A stretch of DNA of 64,000 nucleotides from the NCBI GenBank assembly GCA_029255105.1, contig JAQWWH010000065.1:3670-67669 (forward strand). Reading direction: 5' to 3'. The DNA is from Flavimaricola sp. GTDB lineage: Bacteria > Pseudomonadota > Alphaproteobacteria > Rhodobacterales > Rhodobacteraceae. How positions within the stretch are numbered: the stretch's first letter is position 1; every line of letters begins with the position of its first letter. Shown piece after piece: positions 27,422-37,641 of the stretch. The notes under the pieces are model-generated. The model did not search any database. It was not told where the DNA came from and saw only the letters and a list, made by a program, of their open reading frames with translations. Both the position numbers and the translations under genes were made by a program.

Positions 27422-28309
27422 CTAGCGGCGCAACTCTTTGGCAAGAAAATCATAAACCCGACGCACGCGGCGACTGGTCGTGACATCGCGATGCGCGACA
27501 AGCCAGATCGGAAAGGCCAGCGGTTCCAGATCGGGGAGGACACGGACCACGCCCGGTTCAGCGTCCCCGATATAGGCATCGAGAATACCAATCGCCGCAC
27601 CCTGTTTGACCAGTTCCCACATCACCAGATAGCTTTCTGTCAGCAGGGGAAAGTTGGCCTCGGTCAACCCAAGACCAAGGCTGTTCAACCCCTTCAGCAT
27701 CATTCCGGTGCGATCCATGTTGACAAAGTCCGCGTGGCGCAGGTCGAAGGGGGTTGAGGGGTGCCCAAGTTCGGCGAGGTAGTCGGGCGCGGCATATAAG
27801 ACCGCCTCTGCCATCCCGATCTTTTTGGCGACCAGATCGGGCTCGGTCGGGCGAAAGTTGCGAATGGCTATGTCGGCCTCGCGGCGCAGCAGATCGCTTG
27901 CGTGATTTGCGACCACGATCTCGACCTGGATGCCGGGCTCTTCGCGGCGCAGTTTCGCGACGATCGGTGGCAGCAGGACTGCGGCATATGTCTCGCTTGC
28001 TGAAATGCTGATCTTACCTTCCAGCGCTTGCGATTGGCCGAGGGCCGCCAACGATACGCGGCCAGCAGCCTCTCCCATTTCGCGTACATGTTCCAGCAAT
28101 TCCAACCCGCTGGGCGTCAGGGTCAACCCGCGCCCAACGCGTTCGAACAGAACGATCCCCAGTTCCTGTTCAAGCCCGTCAACCTGTCGGCCAAGAGTAG
28201 GCTGCGCCATCCCCAAGGCGCGGGCAGCGGCGGACAGCGATCCTTCCTCGGCCGTCACCAGAAACGCCCGCGCCTTGTTCCAGTCAAATTTCACTGCGCG
28301 CCAATCCAT
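27422..28309 (-). CDS. LysR family transcriptional regulator
   Basis: HTH AFLVTAEEGSLSAAARALGMAQPTLGRQVDGLEQELG. I chose the start at MDWRAVKF (28309); 28321 is also possible. The track start at 28435 would overlap the divergent gene. Confidence 0.85.
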   Translation of the reverse strand: MDWRAVKFDWNKARAFLVTAEEGSLSAAARALGMAQPTLGRQVDGLEQELGIVLFERVGRGLTLTPSGLELLEHVREMGEAAGRVSLAALGQSQALEGKISISASETYAAVLLPPIVAKLRREEPGIQVEIVVANHASDLLRREADIAIRNFRPTEPDLVAKKIGMAEAVLYAAPDYLAELGHPSTPFDLRHADFVNMDRTGMMLKGLNSLGLGLTEANFPLLTESYLVMWELVKQGAAIGILDAYIGDAEPGVVRVLPDLEPLAFPIWLVAHRDVTTSRRVRRVYDFLAKELRR

Positions 28310-28416
28310 GCGGATATGCATATCAAAATTAGAAAATTGGTCAATTCGCATAGGACGCGTCACAGCGTAGACCTGCCGCATCAACCGATCCCAATCCCGT
28401 ACAGAAAGGAACCAAG

Positions 28417-29133
28417 ATGACCGACCCGAATACATGGGATGCCACCGGAGCCCGCATGGCAGGTGCGCTATATCTTGCCATCGCAGTCTGCGGTGGCTTC
28501 AGCATTGCATATGTGCCTGCCCAGATCGTTGCCGCCGACGGGGCGACATCTGCGGCCAACCTCCTTGCCAATACGGGCCTGTTCCGGCTGGGCGTGCTGG
28601 CCGACTGCGCCGTGATCCTGTTCGAACTTGCCATCACGGTCATCCTTTACCAACTGTTCCGCGCCACGGGGCCCAGAATGGCGATGGTCGCCCTGATCTC
28701 GCGCCTCGGGATGATCGGTGTGATGGGGATCAACATTTTGCTCTGGGTGATGCCCTACGGCCTGTTGACTTCGACGACGCTAGATACGGCCACGCTACAC
28801 GCCCTTGTTCAATACAGTCTTGATGCGCATGCGATGGGCGTTTTCGTCTGGCAATTGTTCTTCGGGATGCATCTTCTTGCCCTCGGCTGGTTGGTCCTGA
28901 ACTCCGGCAATGTCCCAAACCTTTTGGGCTGGGGCCTGTTCATCGGGGCCTTTGGATACCTGGTCCAGGGGATCGTCGAACTGACCTACACCGATGTCGC
29001 CCTGCTTGACGCCGCCATCATCGGCCTGCTTGTCATCGTGTCGATCGCAGAAATAGGCTTTGGCCTCTGGCTCTTGATCAGAGGCGGGCGCATCCCTTCC
29101 AAAATTCTCACATCCACGGCCGCAAGGGCCTGA
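28417..29133 (+). CDS. DUF4386-like integral membrane protein
   Basis: 238 aa, about 6 TM. The N-terminus ARMAGALYLAIAVCGGFSIAYVP is typical of that family. The family assignment is from memory. Confidence 0.6.
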   Translation: MTDPNTWDATGARMAGALYLAIAVCGGFSIAYVPAQIVAADGATSAANLLANTGLFRLGVLADCAVILFELAITVILYQLFRATGPRMAMVALISRLGMIGVMGINILLWVMPYGLLTSTTLDTATLHALVQYSLDAHAMGVFVWQLFFGMHLLALGWLVLNSGNVPNLLGWGLFIGAFGYLVQGIVELTYTDVALLDAAIIGLLVIVSIAEIGFGLWLLIRGGRIPSKILTSTAARA

Positions 29134-29145
29134 AGGAGACTGCTC

Positions 29146-30216
29146 ATGCTTGCCTATACATACGCCCGCTACGGCGCGCCCGAGGTCCTGACCAAAGTCG
29201 AAGTCCCGACCCCAACGCCAAAACCCGGCGAAGTCCTGATCAAGGTCTTTGCCACGACCGTAAGTGCCGGTGACTGGCGGGCCCGAAGCCTGACTTTGCC
29301 AAGGGGCATGGGCCTGATTGGCCGGTTGGTGTTCGGTATAAGACGCCCCCGCAAACCGATCCTTGGGACAGAACTTTCCGGGGTCATCGAAAGCGTCGGT
29401 GCCGGGGTTGCGACCTACGAGCCCGGCGATGCGGTCATCGCATTTCCAGGGGCCGGTTTCGGCGCACATGCAGAATACATCGTGATGCCTGCGACCGGAA
29501 ACCTGGTTCCGAAACCGGACGCCATCAGCTTTGAAGAGGCCGCAGCCATCCCCTTCGGAGGGACGACAGCCTACGACTTTCTCGTCAACAAGGCCCCGCT
29601 GCATGCTGGTGAGAAGGTGCTGATCAACGGGGCCTCTGGGTCCGTCGGATCGGCCTGTATTCAGATCGCCCGGGCTTTGGGGGCCGACGTGACCGGGGTT
29701 TGCGGCAGCGCGAATGCACCGATGGTCATGGCCCTTGGGGCGGACCGGGTGATCGATTACAACCGTGTGGACTTTGAACACGAAGGCATCCGTTACGACA
29801 TGGTCGTCGACACCATCGGCAACGTACCTTTTGCCCGGGCCAACAAGGCCCTTCGGCCCGGCGGACGCATGGTTCTGATTGCCGGGAAAACGTCAGACAT
29901 GATCTTTGGAGGGCTGAAGGCCCGCCTGAAGGGAAAACGCTTGATCGGTGGGGTGGCCAAGGAAAGCCGCGCAGCCCTTGAAGCGGTCGTCACTTTGGCT
30001 GCCGAGGGTCGGTTCAAGCCGGTCATCGACAGTTGCTACCCCTTTGTCGAAATGCGGGCCGCGCATGGTCATGTCGACACCGGTCACAAAAAGGGGAACG
30101 TAGTCGTTCAGATTGACCAAGGCAGTCGGCAACAACACTCTTTTGGTGCCGTGGCCCGCGCCAAGTCAACGCGCCACACAGGCCTGCCCGGATCTGCTGC
30201 CGCCCTGATGGGGTAG
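29146..30216 (+). CDS. NAD(P)-dependent zinc-type alcohol dehydrogenase / quinone oxidoreductase (MDR superfamily)
   Basis: GEVLIKVFATTVSAGDW and the cofactor site INGASGSVGSACIQIARALGA. GAAGGAG RBS. Confidence 0.85.
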   Translation: MLAYTYARYGAPEVLTKVEVPTPTPKPGEVLIKVFATTVSAGDWRARSLTLPRGMGLIGRLVFGIRRPRKPILGTELSGVIESVGAGVATYEPGDAVIAFPGAGFGAHAEYIVMPATGNLVPKPDAISFEEAAAIPFGGTTAYDFLVNKAPLHAGEKVLINGASGSVGSACIQIARALGADVTGVCGSANAPMVMALGADRVIDYNRVDFEHEGIRYDMVVDTIGNVPFARANKALRPGGRMVLIAGKTSDMIFGGLKARLKGKRLIGGVAKESRAALEAVVTLAAEGRFKPVIDSCYPFVEMRAAHGHVDTGHKKGNVVVQIDQGSRQQHSFGAVARAKSTRHTGLPGSAAALMG

Positions 30217-30223
30217 CACCCTA

Positions 30224-31024
30224 TCAAAGCTTGATAAGCAGAGGGTTCACCCCATCCTCAAACCGGTAATTGGGGCGCGCCGCCACAAATTCGTCCGCGG
30301 CCGCCCTGCACCCGCCATAGTCATTATAGTCGTCCAACAGGATCTGCCCCTGCGGCGAAAGAAGCGGATCCAAAGCTTCAAGGCAATACTTGACCGGATC
30401 GTACCAATCGCAATCGATGTGGGCAAAGGCGATCGGGCCAGTGGTCACATGAGGCCAGGTTTCCTCGAACAGGCCCTTGTGCAGCATCACACGCTCCGGG
30501 CTGCAACCGACCCCATAACGTTCAAAGGTCTGGCACACCTGACCATACAGATCCTCGACATAGCCGTAGTAGGCGTCGCCGCCGATCCCCTTGCTTTGGC
30601 CTTGCGAGATGATCTTGTAACGCTCTTTGGACTTTGCATCGTCCTTTTGGGACGTCGGTGGCGGGATCATGCCAAAGACGTCAAAGCCATGAAACGGGCG
30701 GCCTGCCTCGGTGGCGGATTTCGCGATCAGGATGCCGGACCCGCCAAGTGCGACGCCGAATTCAACAAAGCCGCCCGGCACCTTTTCCCTATTCAGGTCG
30801 CGCAGCGCCGTTTCGAGGCGATAGATCTTCTTGTGAGAAAGGTAGGTCAGCCGGTCAGCCCTGACTTTCCGGGCAAGGTTGCTGATCAGGAGGCGTGAAC
30901 TGACAATTCTTTCAATATTGCCTTTGGATAACAGCATCCTGACCAAATCGCGCATCGGTTTTGTCCTTAATTTGGGCAGGCTGCATGAATGAAATCTCAG
31001 TGATCTTCGCTGAAATCCGACCAT
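30224..31024 (-). CDS. TylF/MycF-family class I O-methyltransferase
   Basis: GFVEFGVALGGSGILIA (SAM site) and HIDCDWYDPVKYCLEAL (metal/active-site region) are typical of macrocin-O-methyltransferase-like proteins. The start may be the internal MRDLVRML at 30955. Confidence 0.75.
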   Translation of the reverse strand: MVGFQRRSLRFHSCSLPKLRTKPMRDLVRMLLSKGNIERIVSSRLLISNLARKVRADRLTYLSHKKIYRLETALRDLNREKVPGGFVEFGVALGGSGILIAKSATEAGRPFHGFDVFGMIPPPTSQKDDAKSKERYKIISQGQSKGIGGDAYYGYVEDLYGQVCQTFERYGVGCSPERVMLHKGLFEETWPHVTTGPIAFAHIDCDWYDPVKYCLEALDPLLSPQGQILLDDYNDYGGCRAAADEFVAARPNYRFEDGVNPLLIKL

Positions 31025-31223
31025 GTGGCCAGTCGATAGATGTTTCGAGCTTCGATCAGGTCCTTCCCCGCTGGCGGCATATCCAACTTTTCTGAATTTG
31101 ATTCCTCGGGATATGTTCTATACCCTAAACGGTCGCCTTTGTCTTGTGTCGCCCACCCGAAGCTGAAACGTTCAGAATCGTGGTCTAGGGGCTAACGTTT
31201 TGGTGGGTTGGGACAATTTTGGC

Positions 31224-34200
31224 ATGGCAAATATTGTAGTCATAAGCGTTGACGATCTGGCCCACTGGATTGGTCCGAATACGGTCTATTCCGCAAATGT
31301 GCATACGCCCAACCTGAAGCGGCTTGCCGAAGCGGGTGTGACATTCGAAAATGCCTATACCCCGGAGGCGATCTGCAATCCGGCCCGAACTAGCACGTTC
31401 ACCGGGCAGGATCCCAATACGACCGGAGTTCATGCCAACGATCAAAGCTGGGAAGAATTCGTAGATCCGGCGATCACCTACCCTGCCCATTTCCTGCAAG
31501 CGGGTTGGGACGTGGCCGGGTACGGCAAGAACTTGCACCCCTTCAACATTCCGGCCGCCATTCACGAACAGCTCTTTTCGCACTATGAGGTTCTTGGCGG
31601 TTACCGGGAGGACCCGCCGAACACAAAGTTCGTCCAGGCCCTGCCCGAGGGCGTTGACCCCGACAGTCTGGCCGATCACCAGACAGTAAACGATGCGATC
31701 CGTTTCCTGGCCAGCCAAGATCCGGACAAGTCATTCCTTCTGAACCTTGGCCTCCTTAAGCCGCATCTCGACTGGATCGTCCCGCAGGAATACTTTGACC
31801 TCTATCCCCTTGAGGACATCGTGGTGCCCGGACTTGTCGGTGACGACATGTCCAACGTTCCGGCCTTCATCCGCGACCAGTTACAAGACTCGCGCAAGCA
31901 TCCCACACCAAACAGTCCTGACGCCGCCAAGGTCTTTATGCAGGGCTACCTGGCGAGTGTGTCCTATATGGACGCCGAACTCGGCCGTCTTCTTGACGTG
32001 CTTGACGCAGGTGGAAACTTTGACACCACCAACATCGTGTTGTGGAGCGATCACGGCTATCATCTGGGCGACCGCGAGGGCCTCTGGGGGAAGTTCACGC
32101 TGTGGGAAGAGGCCACCAAAGTGCCGCTGATCATCAAGTCGGCCGCCAACGACAACCCTGGCACCATCGTCAGCGACATCGTCAACCTGATCGACATTTA
32201 TCCAACCCTGACCGAGATGGGCGGTCTGACCCCGCCGTCGCATCTCGAAGGCGACAGCCTCATGCCGCTTGTGACCGGGACCGGCCCGGCCAATGGTGAC
32301 GGCATCTCGATGACCTGGATGTTTGGCAGCGTGATGATGCGAACGCCGCAGTTCGCTTTCATGGCCTATGAGGATGGGTCGGAAGAACTTTACGACATGC
32401 TGATCGACCCCGATCAGCTCAATAACCTGGCGCTTTTGCCCGAATTCGACGGGACCAGGGACGCACTGCGTGAGACCCTTGTCGAAAAGGCCAATATTGC
32501 AACGGGGCCCATCGGAACCGGGCAAAGCGATGCCTTCTACCTTAATCAGGACGGGGACATCGCGCAGGGTCTGGACGGAGATGACCGATACTATGTGAAC
32601 GCCGACGGCGTCACGATCTGTGAAAGCCCGGATGAAGGGCGCGACATTGTCTATTCGACAAGCAGCTTTGCCTTGCCGGACAATGTCGAGGATCTAATAG
32701 CCCCCTATTACACAACCCCCGACGGCATCGTGCTGACCGGCAATGGCCTGAACAACGTCATCATCGGGTCAGGGTCATCCGAGATGCTGTTTGGAGGAGC
32801 GGGGGACGACACCATTCGCGGCGGGTGGGGGCGGGCCGATACGATCTACGGCGGTGACGGCAATGACGCCATCCTTGGATGGGTCGGCGCGGACCTTATT
32901 CACGGCGACAGCGGCAACGACATTATCCGTGGAATCCGGGGGAACGACACGATTTTCGGAGGCGAGGGCGACGACACACTGATTGCTGGCGCTGGCGACA
33001 ATGTGCTGCTGTATGGCGGCGCGGGGCGGGACACGCTCCAAGCCGACAGTGGAACGGCATTTCTGGATGGCGGAGCGGGCGCTGACCGTCTTGTGGCAAA
33101 CGGGGGAACCGGATTTGCCTCTTACCGGACTGCAACGGTCGGCGTGCGTGCCGATATGTCGGATCAAAGATCCAACAGGGGCGATGCGATGGGCGATAGC
33201 TATCGAAATCTGCAAGGACTGGTGGGCAGCGATCACAACGACGCATTGACTGGTGACAACGCCGACAATCACCTGATCGGAATGGCGGGGGCAGACCGGC
33301 TTCTGGGCAAGGACGGCACCGATCGGGCCGCCTATTGGGCCAGCGCTGAGGGCGTATTAGCCGACCTGCGCTACATACGGTTCAACACCGGCGATGCGAT
33401 GGGCGATATCTACGGCTCGATCGAGGATCTGCAGGGCACCGCTTTCGCGGATGACTTGCGCGGAGATTCCGCGGCCAACCTGCTGTTGGGCGACGCCGGG
33501 AACGACACCTTCTTTGGACGCGACGGCGATGACACCCTGCGGGGTGGCGATGGGGACGACTTTCTCGTCGGCAATGCCGGATCGGACCTTCTGGACGGCG
33601 GGTCCGGTCACGACTGGGCGTCCTACTGGAACAGCGCCGCCTGCATCGTGGCGGACCTGCAATTTACCGACCTCAATCAAGGGGATGCCGCCGGAGACAC
33701 CTACAGTTCGATCGAGGGTTTGCAGGGCACGGAGTTTGATGACGACCTGCGTGGGAACGATCTGGCCAACCTCATCTATGGCGGGGGCAACCAGGATACG
33801 CTTTCCGGACGGGGCGGGGATGACACCCTTCAGGGCGCGGACGGCGACGATACCCTTGTCGGCGGCGCAGGGGCGGACCGCCTTCAGGGTGGCGAGGGAT
33901 TCGACCTGGCGTCATACTTGGACAGTGCAGAGGGCGTTCTTGCCGACCTTGCGCGAGCGGCCTTCAATACCGGCGACGCAGCTGGCGATATCTACAGTTT
34001 GATCGAGAGCCTGCAAGGCAGCCAGTTCAATGACGACCTGCGCGGGGATGCGAACGCCAACCGGATCCTTGGGGGTGACGGTCAGGATATCCTTTTGGGA
34101 CGCGGCGGGGCCGACATTCTGGACGGCGGCACAGGCACAGACCGCGCGACATATGAGGACAGCCTGACGGGGATCTTGGCCGACCTGGGCTACGCGATCC

Positions 34201-34910
34201 ACAATACCGGCGACGCCGCAGGCGACACCTTCCTGTCGATAGAACAGGTGCAGGGCACACAGCTGAGCGACGACCTGAGAGGCGACGCACTGGCCAACCG
34301 CCTGATCGGCGACGCGGGGCACGACACGCTTTATGGCCGCGCGGGCGATGACGTCCTGTTGGGTGGGGCTGGAAATGACATTCTGCTTGGCAACACCGGG
34401 GCGGACAGGATTGATGGCGGCACCGGCACCGACCGCGCCTCTTACTGGAACAGCACCGAGGGCATTCTGGCTGACCTGGCGACGGCGGGCCTGAACACCG
34501 GTGACGCTGCGGGGGACAGCTACAGTTCGATAGAAGATTTGCAAGGCACGGACTTTGACGACGATCTGCGAGGCGATAGCGGGGCGAACATCCTATACGC
34601 CGGGACAGGCAACGACACCCTGACAGGGCGCGACGGCAATGACAGATTGTTCGGAGGCGAAGGTGCCGATTCATTCGTTTTCAGCGCCGGCGCCGACGTC
34701 ATCCGGGATTTCGGCATGGCGGAAGGCGATCGCCTCCTCCTCGATGTGCTGGCATTGGGACTTGGCGGCCTGACAGGGGCCGAGATCGTGGCAACGTTTG
34801 CCGATGCATCCCCGACAAGGGTTGAGTTTGACTTTGGCAATGACAACCGCCTGACGCTTGAGGGGCTGACCGACCTGACGGATATCGAAAGCCGCCTGTT
34901 CCTGTTCTGA
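31224..34910 (+). CDS. sulfatase (formylglycine type) fused to a long RTX/hemolysin-type calcium-binding repeat region
   Basis: N-terminal MANIVVISVDDL...TPEAICNPARTSTFTGQ (CxPxR sulfatase signature) and WSDHGYHLGD. From about aa 524 onward, GGxGxDxUx nonapeptides and 6 longer super-repeats run to the C-terminus. Confidence 0.85.
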   Translation: MANIVVISVDDLAHWIGPNTVYSANVHTPNLKRLAEAGVTFENAYTPEAICNPARTSTFTGQDPNTTGVHANDQSWEEFVDPAITYPAHFLQAGWDVAGYGKNLHPFNIPAAIHEQLFSHYEVLGGYREDPPNTKFVQALPEGVDPDSLADHQTVNDAIRFLASQDPDKSFLLNLGLLKPHLDWIVPQEYFDLYPLEDIVVPGLVGDDMSNVPAFIRDQLQDSRKHPTPNSPDAAKVFMQGYLASVSYMDAELGRLLDVLDAGGNFDTTNIVLWSDHGYHLGDREGLWGKFTLWEEATKVPLIIKSAANDNPGTIVSDIVNLIDIYPTLTEMGGLTPPSHLEGDSLMPLVTGTGPANGDGISMTWMFGSVMMRTPQFAFMAYEDGSEELYDMLIDPDQLNNLALLPEFDGTRDALRETLVEKANIATGPIGTGQSDAFYLNQDGDIAQGLDGDDRYYVNADGVTICESPDEGRDIVYSTSSFALPDNVEDLIAPYYTTPDGIVLTGNGLNNVIIGSGSSEMLFGGAGDDTIRGGWGRADTIYGGDGNDAILGWVGADLIHGDSGNDIIRGIRGNDTIFGGEGDDTLIAGAGDNVLLYGGAGRDTLQADSGTAFLDGGAGADRLVANGGTGFASYRTATVGVRADMSDQRSNRGDAMGDSYRNLQGLVGSDHNDALTGDNADNHLIGMAGADRLLGKDGTDRAAYWASAEGVLADLRYIRFNTGDAMGDIYGSIEDLQGTAFADDLRGDSAANLLLGDAGNDTFFGRDGDDTLRGGDGDDFLVGNAGSDLLDGGSGHDWASYWNSAACIVADLQFTDLNQGDAAGDTYSSIEGLQGTEFDDDLRGNDLANLIYGGGNQDTLSGRGGDDTLQGADGDDTLVGGAGADRLQGGEGFDLASYLDSAEGVLADLARAAFNTGDAAGDIYSLIESLQGSQFNDDLRGDANANRILGGDGQDILLGRGGADILDGGTGTDRATYEDSLTGILADLGYAIHNTGDAAGDTFLSIEQVQGTQLSDDLRGDALANRLIGDAGHDTLYGRAGDDVLLGGAGNDILLGNTGADRIDGGTGTDRASYWNSTEGILADLATAGLNTGDAAGDSYSSIEDLQGTDFDDDLRGDSGANILYAGTGNDTLTGRDGNDRLFGGEGADSFVFSAGADVIRDFGMAEGDRLLLDVLALGLGGLTGAEIVATFADASPTRVEFDFGNDNRLTLEGLTDLTDIESRLFLF
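32793..34680 (+). repeat. coding RTX nonapeptide array organised in about 6 super-repeats
   Basis: Recurrent blocks A(S/A/T)Y(W)xSxEG(V/I)LADL....NTGDAAGDxYxSIExLQGTxFDDDLRGDxxAN. The blocks start near 33116, 33328, 33618, 33908, 34146 and 34437. Confidence 0.85.
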
Positions 34911-35066
34911 CGGACCGCATAAGGGCCACTGCCGTGACCGGCGAACAGGCAAAGCGGCAAGGCGAAGCCCCGCCCGTTTGCGACAACACCCTTGACCCGA
35001 CGGACCTGTAGCGGGACAGTTGTGCGGCCCCGGGGCCAACGCTGGTCTTCCGGGCGGAGCCTGAAC

Positions 35067-37457
35067 ATGGACACCCGTTTTCCAGGATCATCACGATTAT
35101 CCCGCGATGGGCTGATCGCCCGTATCGCCGGTCTCACATTCCCGGTCGTGGTGATCGACGCCCCGGCCGGAACCGGCAAATCGTGGCTGCTGGAGGATCT
35201 GTCCCGCGCCCTTGGCCTGCCGATATGGCAGGGCAGCACGGCACCGGCGGACCCTGCCCTGTGGGACGTGCCGCACCAGGAGCTGACGGGCCCCCTGCCC
35301 GACGACATCTCGCGCCTGATCCTTGCCAAGCGTCCTGCCACGGCGATCCCCGGCCTTGCCCGGGCCGAGGTCTATGGCAAGGTCGCCCGTCTGACCGGGA
35401 CTGACCTGCTGTTCGACGCGCCCGAAGTGCAATCAGGCTATGATCTGACCGAGGCAGAGGCAGAAGGCATCATTGCAAAGACCGGCGGCTGGCCCTGCCT
35501 GATGCCTGCCACGCAGGGTAGCGCCGCCATGGACGTGGCGCTGAGTGCGTTTCTGCGCGATGATCTTTTGCGGCCCTTGGCATCGGCCCGGCTTGTCGCA
35601 CTTGACGCAGCGCTAAAGGGCAAGGCTGTGGACCACGCCGCCCTTCAGGGCATCCCGTTTCTGGAAGACGGGACCGGTCCCGGCCCGCTTAACCTGCCGC
35701 TGACCCTACCACGGCCGCTGGCCGCCTGTGTCGGCCCCCTGCGCCGCGCCATCAGCGACCTGCTGGCAGAGCGTAGTCAGGACCCCACACAGGCCCGCGC
35801 CATCGCCACGGCGCTTGCGGCCATTGGCGAGCTGCCAGAGGCCATCAGCATCTTTCAGTCGCTGGGCGCATGGCAGGCGGCAAGCGACACGCTGCGACAG
35901 GCCCGCGGCCCCTTTGCGATCCATTTGTTCGGGTCAGAGGCACTTGACCGGATATTGGCAGGCTTCCCCCCCGACATGGCCCGGCAGGACGAGCTGATCG
36001 TGCATTGCCGGGCGATCCAGGCGATCAAGCGTGGCGATGTCTCGCTGACCCACCGCATCCTTCGGGACCGCTATGGGGACGAGGCCAACGATCCCCGCAA
36101 GGTGGTTGGCAATGCCCAGCGCTACAGCCTTGAGTTTCGGCTGTTCCGGGTTCTGCTGCAAACCTGGGAGGACATCGACCTTGACGCGCATCTGCTGGAC
36201 GACGCCTACCAGATGCTGGGCGAGCTTCCGGCGGATGACGACCTGCGGCGCGGGTCCTTCTACAACGCGGTCCTCGAATTCTACATCCGCGCCCGCCGCT
36301 TTGCCGAGGCCGATCATACGGCGGTCCTTGCTGGCGCCCATTATTCCCGCGCAAACGTCCCGATCCTGTCGTTCTACATTGATCTGCACCGGGCGATCAT
36401 CCAGCTGCTTCTGGGCGATGCCGGGACCGCCCGCAAGCGTGCGGCCAGTGCCGCCGCCCATATGGCGCGGGTGCCGTATGACAGTCCGGGCGATACCCGC
36501 CTGCTAGGCCTTTTGACCGCCTGCATTGCCTATGAGGGGGGCGAGGCAGAACCGCTAAGCCGGTTTCTGTCGCTTGACCTTGACGATCTGGCCAGTGGCG
36601 AGATCTGGCCAACCCTGATCGAAATGGTCCTGATCTACGGCAGTCAGGCTTTGGCCGAACATTATTCGACCGTCGCCGCCCGCAGCTTTCTCGACCGGTG
36701 GCGGGTCCGGCAGGAGCGATCGGACCAGTTCGGCATGTTGATCGACATCCGCGATATCGTCGTCCTGCAGAACGGCAATCGCTGGCAAGAGGCGATGGTC
36801 AAGGCCGCCGGGCTGGACACCCGGATCTCGCTGGCCTGGGTCGAGGAAGGTGGCCCCCGGCTGGCCACCTTGCAGGACCGGGACGAGGTTGCCCTGGCCC
36901 TCGTCTGGCTGCGCCATCTGGCGCAGGTCACACCGACACGGGCCCGGCTCGATCGCTGGATCGGCGGCATGCTCGACAATCCCCACCTGACCGGGCGGCA
37001 AAGGATCGGGGCCGAGGTTTGGCTGGCCCATGTCCTGCACCGCCAGCGCCGGCTCCCCGAGGCGCAGGCCCAGTTGCGCAAGACACTGTCGACCGCCGCC
37101 AGCCTTGGCAGCATCGCCACGCTTAGCGAAGAACGGGTCTTTCTGGCCGAACTCACCTCGACCCGACGCGTCAAGGACGGGTTGGAGCGGAATGACATAC
37201 TGCGCCGTGTCCTGCGCCAGGTGCAGGAGGCCGGACCCGGCCGGGCGCGGCGCGGCAAGGCCCATGGGCTGACCCGGCAGGAAACCCGCATCCTGCATGC
37301 CCTTGCTGAAGGGGCGACCAACAAGATGATCGCCAATATCATGGGGTTAAGCGAGGCGACGGTAAAGTTTCACCTGTCCAACCTGTACCGCAAGCTGGGC
37401 TGCGCCAACCGGAGCGAGGCGATCAGGTCGGCAGAGGCCCTGCGCATCGTGTCGTGA
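35067..37457 (+). CDS. large ATP-binding LuxR-family regulator (LAL/MalT-like)
   Basis: P-loop VVVIDAPAGTGKSWLL, a long helical middle region, and the C-terminal HTH LTRQETRILHALAEGATNKMIANIMGLSEATVKFHLSNLYRKLG. I chose the ATG at 35067. Confidence 0.8.
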   Translation: MDTRFPGSSRLSRDGLIARIAGLTFPVVVIDAPAGTGKSWLLEDLSRALGLPIWQGSTAPADPALWDVPHQELTGPLPDDISRLILAKRPATAIPGLARAEVYGKVARLTGTDLLFDAPEVQSGYDLTEAEAEGIIAKTGGWPCLMPATQGSAAMDVALSAFLRDDLLRPLASARLVALDAALKGKAVDHAALQGIPFLEDGTGPGPLNLPLTLPRPLAACVGPLRRAISDLLAERSQDPTQARAIATALAAIGELPEAISIFQSLGAWQAASDTLRQARGPFAIHLFGSEALDRILAGFPPDMARQDELIVHCRAIQAIKRGDVSLTHRILRDRYGDEANDPRKVVGNAQRYSLEFRLFRVLLQTWEDIDLDAHLLDDAYQMLGELPADDDLRRGSFYNAVLEFYIRARRFAEADHTAVLAGAHYSRANVPILSFYIDLHRAIIQLLLGDAGTARKRAASAAAHMARVPYDSPGDTRLLGLLTACIAYEGGEAEPLSRFLSLDLDDLASGEIWPTLIEMVLIYGSQALAEHYSTVAARSFLDRWRVRQERSDQFGMLIDIRDIVVLQNGNRWQEAMVKAAGLDTRISLAWVEEGGPRLATLQDRDEVALALVWLRHLAQVTPTRARLDRWIGGMLDNPHLTGRQRIGAEVWLAHVLHRQRRLPEAQAQLRKTLSTAASLGSIATLSEERVFLAELTSTRRVKDGLERNDILRRVLRQVQEAGPGRARRGKAHGLTRQETRILHALAEGATNKMIANIMGLSEATVKFHLSNLYRKLGCANRSEAIRSAEALRIVS

Positions 37458-37641
37458 TCGTCCTGGCCCAGCGCCTGCCGACCGTCAAAAAGGCATATTC
37501 CAACAGGCCGCACAGAACCTAGCCAAATGGTGCAAAAACCTAGACTCCAATCCCATTGATGCAGAGGCCCCCAAGGGCAGAGGCTTGACCCATCAGAGGG
37601 CCGCGCGACCGGTCCCGCAGGTTTGTCCAATGGGGGATACC

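Noticed and set aside
32793-34680. Periodic DNA repeats considered as a possible CRISPR array, satellite or mobile element
   Set aside because: They are in-frame RTX calcium-binding repeats of one long ORF. There is no spacer/repeat architecture and there are no cas genes.
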